A DNA stretch of 46,291 nucleotides, counting the filler, from Streblomastix strix (taxonomy: Eukaryota): NCBI GenBank assembly GCA_008636045.1. It is 2 parts of 2 records of this genome, joined end to end, with 100 filler letters (N's around TTAATTAATTAA, not from the genome) between each part and the next. Parts side by side here need not be neighbours in the genome. Positions count along the whole stretch, not along the records: positions 23,219 to 46,291 come from SNRW01000300.1; 1 more part is not named here. One strand, given 5' to 3'. Of the stretch, positions 36,960 to 46,291 are shown piece after piece. The notes beneath the pieces are model-generated. The model was not told the DNA's origin, made no database searches, and was given only the letters and a program-made list of their open reading frames with translations. A program made the position numbers and the translations under genes. The first letter of the stretch is position 1, and each line of letters begins with the position of its first letter.

Positions 36960-38849
36960 TCAATCATTTTTAAATTCTAATTTATAATTTTCATATTCAC
37001 TTTCATTGTTAGTCTTATTTGGTTAGATTATTATTTATTAATCTTTGATATTGCTTGATAGATCTTCAAGAATAAAATTATAATCTTCTTAATTGGCTTC
37101 ATTCCTTGTTATTGAATTTTTAGTTTAGATAATTTCTTCATTTTGTATTTCTTTCTTTTATTTTAATTCTATATATTCATTTTTCGTTTTCTTTTGTACA
37201 GATCTAATATTACTCTCATTACATCTTTTCAATGTTTATATTTAATCTTCAAGTTCTTTCCCTCTTCTTTCAGATATGAACAGCGCAGTTTCTTTTATTT
37301 GGAGCTAGTGTGTAAGATATTTAATCTTTTCTTGTTGCTTATTGAATGAGGATCTTAATTGCTCTTCATTATTCCTAAGTTTCTTCGTGTTATTCTGTAA
37401 GATGAGAGATTCTGATACTAATATGTATAATAGAAATTTGAGTAAAAATCATAACATATATTAAATGTGAAATAATAATTAGATTTTCATACATAATATT
37501 TCAAATGGTTTCAATTTTACTTCATAAATATGATTCTAATCGCTAATTAATAATCCATTATCTTTTTCATGTATTTCTTTTTAAATTTCTTTAACTTTTT
37601 CTTTATTTTTAATTTTTTAATTAATTAATATATTCTTATTTTCAATAAATTCTGAAATATTAGATATTTTATTCTAAAACATGTTATTGTGAAGATTTTT
37701 ATTATCTTTCAGTTAAATTTGTCCCTCTTATTCTTTTTCTTATTAATTTCCATTCAAATTTTCTTTAGCACTCTTTTATAATTCATATTATTCTATATTC
37801 AGCACAGTTTATATTTCATTGTCTTCTTATTAATCTTATCTCCTTTCTTATTATTAGCTCAAATTTAATTTATTCTCTATTTCTGAATATATTCTTCCTA
37901 ATCCTTCTCTTCTTCTTTATTTATATTCATCCTCATCTTCTTCTTATTTCATTTTAATTTAATTTTCTTATTCAAGAATTTATTTATGATATGCAAAATC
38001 AAAAGGCTGCTAATGAAGATCCAGTCTGGAATTATAGAATTAATTATATGTCTAATTGAATAGATGAGAATTTTCTTTCTAAATTTCTTTAATTGATGTT
38101 GTACTAAGATCAAGTTTTTCTTCTTCAACTCTATATTAAAATGGACTTTCTGTTCTTCTTCTTTTGCATCCATTTTCAGAAATATCTAAGAATTAATTAA
38201 AACTATTGACTTTTCTCTTAAGTTTAAATGCAGAAGATTAAATATGAAATCCATCATCGTCACTATAATCAGAACTTTCATCTTATGCCAATTAAGGACT
38301 ACAACAACTATGCTTACAAATCTATGGAATATTAAAATCAAATTCTAAATTCTAATATGTCTAAGATTAATTAATATTATTCAGTAGATTCTTTTCAGTA
38401 CAAGCAACGTTCTCTATAATTCCTGAATTGAATAAGTGGTTATGTGGGTTAATCTACAATGATTGGGTATGAACTTTGTGTTTTTATAATTAGGAATCTT
38501 AGTTTTTTATAGATCTTTGATTTAATTTTGATTATTAAGAATCTTTATGATATAATAAATAATTTTATAAAAATATTAAGTTAAATAAGCTTTTTACCTG
38601 GCATATCAAACAAATGGCAATGATCTGATCTTAACGAAAGAATATCCAATGAATTTCCAGCATTTATAGGAAGTTTTCCTTTATGATTTGTTCTTGCATA
38701 TCCAGAATTGCCTTATTTCTTCTTCTTAAGAGCTTTGGAAGAAAATAATAAATAATTATTATTTTACAATTAATTTTCTAATGCATTCATCAATTTTATC
38801 AAATACCCTTAAGAACTGCAAACTCCCCACCAACCCAGTTGTGCTACAT
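36960..38849 (-). CDS. HEIP1/REDIC1 (C12orf40)-like protein with coiled-coil tail (introns 38733-38806, 38543-38597, about 37418-37492)
   Basis: Spliced N-terminus MQHNWVGGEFAVLKALKKKKQ...AGNSLDILSL carries both the NWVGG and SLDIL motifs of the family. The 3' end is uncertain if TGA 36960 is read through. Confidence 0.6.
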
Positions 38850-39784
38850 TTTATATTATTGAAGATTATATTCGGAGTTAGAGAGAAATAATCTATATAA
38901 TAATAATAAATTGAGTATTAAATTAGAATATGCGCATAATTGTATGAATAATGAGAATCATTAATAGCCGAATTTTTTTAATTGCATAAAAATTGCAAAA
39001 TATCGAAGAGTATAAAATGTATAAAAGTGAGTGTCAGTTTGGTAACTCAAAGAGTTGTTCATGAAGTCTCCATTTTTTCAATTGTTTCTCTCCAAGTCTT
39101 TATAAATTTAATAATTTATAATCTTTAAATAAGTTAAAAAAACAAAAATGAATAAATTTGCAAAAATTTTAAAAGTTGGTCTTAATTATGATCTAAATAT
39201 ATTATTTTATTGTATATGCTTATATTGTCAAACATGTGATTGATAGTTCGTACCTGATCGCACTGCTTTCAATTTGAAAATGACGCGATATTTATTTTTA
39301 CCGGTGCTAATTTAGAATAGACTAAGTAAGATTTTTAACACCGCAATAAATACAATTAATAAATAAAATTAAATAAAATTATATCAATTATTTTTTGACC
39401 ATTATGAATTAATTTTCGCTAAACAGTTTTTAATTTTCGACATTTATTGGTAATTTAGTTGGTCAAAGATATCATACACTTAAAATTTAATTGTATTATC
39501 TATGAGTTATTATTTTCATTTATTTTGAATATGTGTTTAATTCTTCTCTATGTATTTTGAATAATTATTCTTATTTCACAAGCTATGAAGATATTTAAAA
39601 TATTATTTTTCTCTATTTAAATTAAATACTCATTTTGTCACATAAATATACTAATTATTTTATTTAACATTTTAAGTTTGTGTAGAAATTTCTATTTTTA
39701 TTTATTTTTTCACATTTTCACTATTTATATTTAAAGCTTGCTTATTAATTTTATTTTTTCTTTCTTTTTAAACTTATAGAATTA

Positions 39785-41813
39785 ATGGCATTAAAATCTT
39801 TAGGAAGGGATGACTTTTAGAAAGACATTGAGCTTTATCTTCAACTGATACAAAAAGGAGGGAGCAAAATCTAAAAATAATAAACAAAGCTTACATCTGA
39901 ACTAGATGCCAAAATCGAAGAAATCATTTCCAAAGCAAAATCTTCAGGATAAGTATCATTAGACAAAACTAGCCGAGACCTTCTTTTGCTTGCTGGTCGG
40001 AAGGAGATTCTTATTATGAGCTAGGGATGTTTGTTATTATATTTATTTCTTATTTTTAATTATTTATTTTTTAGTATTAAATAAGATATTGAGTGATAAA
40101 ATTGATGAAAATCAAACAGGAATATTGAGGAAAAGTGAGCAGTTAGGAGTTTAAATATCTGATGATCTAAATGAAATTGTAATTAAAATCGCTTAAAGTT
40201 TGTTAATTACCTTTTATTTGTTATTATACATAATTTTATAATAATAATTTAGAGGGCTTCAAAACTAGTGTTCTTGATAATGTTGATAATAAGGATTCAG
40301 CTGAAGATATTAACAAGCTTCGTTTTGAAAATGAAGAATTGAAGCAAAAAGTTTCTGAATATGAAAAGCTTTGTGGTATTGATACTGGAGATTAAAAAAA
40401 GCCAAAATCTGGATCTAATACTCCGGGATCAACTAGATAAATAAGAGCTGGTGATTTAACATCAACTAAAAAGAGTACTGGACTCGCAAACACGACCAGT
40501 AACAGAAGCAAAAGCCCTGCAATTCAACTAAACTCTCGTCTTTTGCAGCAGACAGAGAGCAATAAAAACTCAATCATTGCTCGATAGAAGGAATTTGGGG
40601 ACACATTTGGAGCACGAGCTGCCCAGTCTGCTGTGACGCAGAGAGTTCTTGTGGAGGCTAAGTAAGCAGGAGTCAAACCTATGCATGTTGGACAGATAGA
40701 GGATCTTATTGACGACATTTCAAAGAACAAAATAGTTTGATTGTTATTTTGAAACAATATATTATTATTATTGTCTACTCTATATAGAAATATGATCAGC
40801 AATGTGAATCTCAAGGACTCCCTAGAGAAACGATGGGCATGTATCTAGCAACATATCTCAATATGAGATTTGGACTCAGAAATCTGATTGAAGAAACAGG
40901 AAAGTCACTCGCATATCACATGAATCTGTATCAAAATGTTAGCAATGATGTTGCTGTGTTTGGTTCGTTACTTCGCAATGAGATTGATGATGATTTCCGT
41001 TTGATTCAAAATTAATTGAAGGAGACATTGTCACATCTTATTCATGCATATCTTCGTGGGAAGTTCAGCAATGAAAATGAAGCTTTGATATCAGAACGTC
41101 ATCGTGAAAGATTGTCAGGCAGTTATATAGAGAATGATGAATGGCAAACTGCTGTGAACTTCTTGTATAATGAAGTTGACAATGCACATGTAACATCCAT
41201 TATCAAGGAGAAGATCGAATAGGAACGTCGCTCATTGGAAGAACGTTAGGCAGACATTGATGCTTCATTGCATTTGTCTCGCGCAGAAAAAAGGAATCGT
41301 GGTGTAGAAACTCCTAAACTTCGCTATACAGACCTCCTAAAGGCATTCAACACTCATCTTATATGTATATTTTTGATTTTATTTTGTTTATTATTATTTT
41401 AAATAGATAATTCTCGACTTCTAACTTCAAAAGCATATTGAATACATATCACCATTTCTTGAATTGTTCAAAAAATATGCTCTGCCTCGTGAATTTACAC
41501 CTGAAGAAAAAAAAGCGAGAGAAGAAAATGGAACAGAAGATGATATCAGTAGTGGATTAATAGATGAAGAAGGATTCATCAATCTAGTCTCAGAAATAGA
41601 CACGATAATTGAGAAACCATCAGGAAAAGAAGCAGTTGAAGAAATTCTCGAAAAGATTGATCCCATGGATTACAGGAGGATAACATTCAGTGATGTGTGA
41701 CCACTTTTCTCATATTTTACATTCATTCTTTATTTATTTCTTGATTATAGTGTGTGCGAAGTCTTTCTTCATAGATCGAGGTACTGAGCAAGTTGAAGGA
41801 GAAAAAAAAATGA
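39785..41813 (+). CDS. TSNAXIP1-like coiled-coil/EF-hand-like conserved protist protein, six exons
   Basis: KYDQQCESQGLPRETMGMYLATYLNMRFGLRNLI...NDVAVFGSLLRNEIDDDFRLIQ...IILDFQLQKH...ITFSD. Four GT-AG introns and one GC-AG intron (41343-41406). The gene model is firmer than the family name. Confidence 0.65.
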
Positions 41814-41952
41814 AATTCAATACAAGCAACATAATATTCTTTAATAATTGCATATTTGAAATCACATCATTTGACTATCAAAATATTAAAATAAATATAT
41901 ATAATAAAATAATAGCATATTCTGAACATTTTTATTGTTATTATGATAATTA

Positions 41953-44900
41953 TCATTCAACAAGATCTTCAATGGCAATTTCTTTTGCTCTGTTACTCCT
42001 TTAGCTCCCATTACTCTAATCTGATTCTATCCCTTCACTATTTGAACTGTTATTATCACTTCCTAGACTGCTGCTTCTTATGCTCTCGTGTCCATACCTC
42101 TGATTACTGTGCTAACTTCCTCTACTTCTGAGACTGTATACTCCACTATTACTTCTTCTGCTGCCTCTTTGATTTGCATCGTGCTCTTCTCCTTCACTAT
42201 TCATATATATTGTGCCTCCATATCCTTCATCATTATCCCTTTCATTATCATTTGCATCTTCTTTATCAGAATTATTACTATGCTATTATAATTTTCTATC
42301 AAGTTCTTCATATTCTGGTAATCTTCCATCACTTTCATCATTAAGCATCTAATTTGATGATCCACCATCTCTGAATAATTCATCCTTCATGTGTTCAGTT
42401 ATTAAATCATCATCATATCTTTGTTCTTTTTATTTGAGTTATGAATGTGAAAGTTCTAATGATGATATTGATGTATGAGATTAACCATATGATGAAGATT
42501 TAAATTGATCATGTGATTGAGAATAAATAGATATAGGAGAATCTTGTTTACTAATATCTGATTTAGATGTATTATGAGATGGAAGAGAAACTTTAGAAGA
42601 CTAAATATTAGAAAGATATTGAGTGGCTGATTTATCCAAATATCGAGAATTGGATGAAAGAAGAGACTAAATATCTTAACTTAATTAACTATACGATCTC
42701 TGAATTTCTGGTTCGTTTCCTGCAGTTATTATATTTTAAGAATTGTTGTGGTCAATATAAGTAGATCTACTATGTGATGCACTTCCAATATTACTAACTT
42801 TATCATAAATCTCTTAATCATAATTATTTCCCACATTTATTTCTCTATTCTTATATTAACTATCTTCCACTTCATCATCACTCTATTCATATACTTTTCT
42901 ATCTCTAATATCATCTCCACTTTCACTTGATTCTTTTAATCTATCTGTATTCAAATCTTATTTATAATAATTGGAATTCTATTATTATTTGTATGAAATT
43001 GAATAATTAGATTTTGAATTAGAGTTCGAAAAAGATGAAGAAGAAGTTGAAACTGTTGTTGGTGGTGTTCCTGGTTATGAGAATGTATTAGAAGATGAAT
43101 ATGATTATAGAGGCTTTTATGAAAATAATTCAGATTATTAGCGCAAAGGAATATTAGAATGAGAACCAGCTTAATCTTATAATGCAATTGTTACCATTGA
43201 ATATTAATTTTGTAATTAATGGCTAAGATAAGGATCAACTTAGTTATTATCATCATAAGGAGTTTCTAATTTAGAAGATGATTATTTCTATGATAATTAC
43301 GATTCACTTTAATTACTATTTGAATAAGAGGAAGGAAGATAATAAGTAGATTAAGAAGAATATTATAAATTCCTTTCCTATAATTTAGATGAATGATGAG
43401 ATGAAGGAGATGAAGTAGAATATTAAGATTATGATTTACTCTTCTTCAATTTATTAGAAGGTGATGATTCTGGAGAATGATACCCTATTTGATCTTAATT
43501 AATACTAATTTCTTCCTTAAATACATTAAGAGATTACTTTTATCTTAAACCACCTCCAGTTTACTATTATTATTAGTCCTATTTAACATCTTTAGAAGCA
43601 AGTGACTAAATTGAAGGAATAGAAAATTAAGACTCATTTGGAGTATGAAGAGAAGAAATTGATTTTTATTAGTAGTTTAATGGAGTTAAAAGAGGAGATG
43701 TTGATATTTATGATGCAATTGAACTAGATTTAGATTTTGAAGTAGTTGGCGTGTGTGACTAAGATTAATTATATTTTGAAAGTGTTTACAATACTTATTG
43801 ATTTGGAGACAATTCTTACTTTGATATTATTGCTGATCCAGTAATCGCTTATATTTATGATTACGTATGTGACTTATATAAATCTGGTGTTGAATTGATA
43901 ATAACTTTTTCATCTTTTAAATTATCTTATTTGGTTTAATAATTAGGTGAGCTCTTAACTTATAAATATCCTGAAGCTGAATGATATGCAATTCCATGTA
44001 GTTAAGAAGGTGATTAACGTTCTCTTATTCTATCATCTGAGTAGAAACGATCAATATTCGTTTAATATTATTTAGATTTCTAATCGTTATTATCTTCATT
44101 AATCTAATTCTAAATTTTTGAAGATTCAGATGATGATTGTTACTATTAATTTGATTATTATTGATGTTCTTATTCTGAATTTTATTTAATAAGTAATAAA
44201 TTTGATTATGAAACAGATCTTGTTTAATAAGGAGATGTAGAACGCTGAGGTTATTAATCATAAATATTTTTAAGGTTAAAATTATTATTCTGTGATTGAT
44301 TTTATTAAGCATGACTTATTGTATCACTGAATGTAAGAGATTTATTTAATTCATTTTGAGGTTTTGGAGAAGTTGATTTCTCAGGTTTTGGAATAATAGA
44401 TTTAGGTTTATCTTATAATTGTTAAAAAACTTTTATATTATTTTGCTATTGAGCAACTGGTGCTTTTTAAATAATTAAATTACGTAATTTCTCAGAATAT
44501 TCAATTTAAGCAGCCCTTCCTATTTATGAAGATGATTTTGATTGACTAATTTATTATTGATTCAATAATTAGATTGGAGAATGAGAAGCAGAATGAGAAT
44601 TAGAATGATGAGAATGTGTTGAGGGTGATGATTATCTTAATACTGACACTGAACGTTTAAATTATTTATTATCTTCTTCCTTATTACTCTTTTTAGAAGG
44701 CGATTGTTAATTAAATGATTATGATCTATTTCTTTATTATTCTTTTTATTACTATATTTCTTTTTCGGATTATTATTCTTATAATTTTGAAATAAGCTCA
44801 ATTACAGCTTCGGAAGGAATAAATATTTTGGAAAATTAGCTCTTAGATTGATTTAAATTACTATTTGATTATTATTATTTATTATTAACTTGTATATATT

Positions 44901-46183
44901 CACTATTTTTATGTGATATTGATGTTTTTGAAGATAAAATTGAACGAGATAGAGATTTATGAGATTAATTATTATTATTAAATTATTCTTATTCTTTAGG
45001 AGAAGATGATCTTGATTTTGATTGTGAATGAGATTATGATCGAGATATTGATTATTTATTATGAAGAGAAGTTGATGCAGTAGGAGATCTTGACCGAGGA
45101 AATTTAGATACTGACTATAATCTATCTTTATTTTATTATTCTTATTCTTATTGCAGTTTTACTGAAATTGAAGAAGAAGATTTTTAATTTTATTATTTAT
45201 TTAATTATTTATTACTTGACTCTTATTTAATATTGTTATTATTTTCAGATTATTCTTTTTCATCGTCATTCATCTCAATATATTCCTGTTTATTATTAAT
45301 ACTTTATTTCTTTATTGATTTACTTGATAATGATTATTAAATTGGATGAGGAGGTCGATTATTCTCTAATTAATTATTATTGTTGTCTTTTTAATATTAT
45401 TATGAAGAAGAAGAAGAAGAAGATACTAATGTTGTAGTTGATCGTACATTAAGTTTTTATTTAATTTATTTCTTTAAATCCTCTTTTTCTTTTTCTTCCC
45501 CTTTTACATTAATATTTTCTTTTTCTGACTAAATATCTTTCAAACTTTATTTATCTTTGAACTATTAGCTTTATTATGAAAGATTACGTGATAATGATTA
45601 TTATTTTTCATAACTTTCCTATTTTCTTATGTATTATTTTTCTATATATTACTAGTCTCTTTCTTTCAATCTTTCTAATAATTATCTTGATTATTCCCTA
45701 TCTTTCTATTATATCTCTTTATCTTTCTCAAATTCATATTTAAGTTATCTCTTTTTATCTTAATCAATTATATCAGTTTTTTAATTTTATTATTATTATG
45801 CTTATTCTTTTTCTTTCTCTTTTACTTAATCTCTCTATTTTGCTCTTTCATCCAAAATTGATTTTAATTTTTATTCTCTTAAATCTTTTGCCTTTTCTCT
45901 AAGATCTTTCTCTCTCTCTTTCTATCTTTCTCTTTCTTTATTTTTATTCATATCTATTTCTATCTATTTTTCTATTCTCTCTTTTTCCTTCTATTTTTCT
46001 ATTCTTTCTTTTTATTTCTATTTTTCTATTCTTTATTTATCTTTCTCCTATTTCTGTTTCATTTCCATCTCTTCTTATTCAATTCTTTCTTTTTCTTTCT
46101 CTTATTATCTGAGTTCTTTTTCTTTTTATCTTCTTTCTCTTAGTTTATCTGCAATTGTTTTCTTTTTCTATATTTCTTTCAAT
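41953..46183 (-). CDS. Large low-complexity protein (E/R/K coiled coil, then Q/S/P-rich), 5' end missing
   Basis: Long TAR=Gln frame ending ...RAKEIAIEDLVE*; no domain recognised. Confidence 0.75.
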
Positions 46184-46291
46184 ATAATAATTAATTAGAG
46201 AATAATCGTCCTCCTCTTCCCATTTAATAATCATTATCAAGTAAATCAATAAAGAAATAAAGTATTAATAATAAATAGGAATATATTGAGA
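45273..46291. repeat. Inverted duplication: 46184-46291 is the reverse complement of 45273-45380
   Basis: 108 nt with about 4 mismatches, running off the window end. Confidence 0.88.

Noticed and set aside
233..44312. Most entries of the supplied ORF track (e.g. 233-415, 27920-28312, 28293-28898, 42088-42291)
   Set aside because: Computed with the standard code. They are antisense or off-frame shadows, or fragments of longer TAR=Gln genes.

Overview
AT-rich eukaryotic (protist) DNA. TAA/TAG must be read as Gln and only TGA ends genes, so the supplied standard-code ORF track mostly shows fragments or antisense shadows. The code, short AT-rich introns and gene families fit an oxymonad such as Streblomastix strix (inference). 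Bases 1-17071 are a partly decayed endogenous Polinton/Maverick-type virus. It carries an rve integrase, penton, HNH nuclease, two tail-fibre-like genes, A32 packaging ATPase, two adenovirus pVI-like peptides, major capsid and protein-primed PolB. It also has five copies of a ~60-bp intergenic motif and a ~410-bp palindromic end. DIRS retroelement and DNA-transposon debris follow up to an artificial N linker (23119-23218). After the linker is a compact host block: UVSSA-like (adjoining an NCBP2/CBP20 C-terminal fragment), a beta-helix surface protein, a C-lobe-only pseudokinase, HEIP1/REDIC1-like, TSNAXIP1-like (with a GC-AG intron) and a long low-complexity gene. The strongest surprise is that otherwise intact host genes contain in-frame TGA codons inside or between recognisable domains, suggesting TGA is context-dependent (sense, probably Trp, internally and stop at gene ends). 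All family calls come from manual translation and motif recognition, not database searches.
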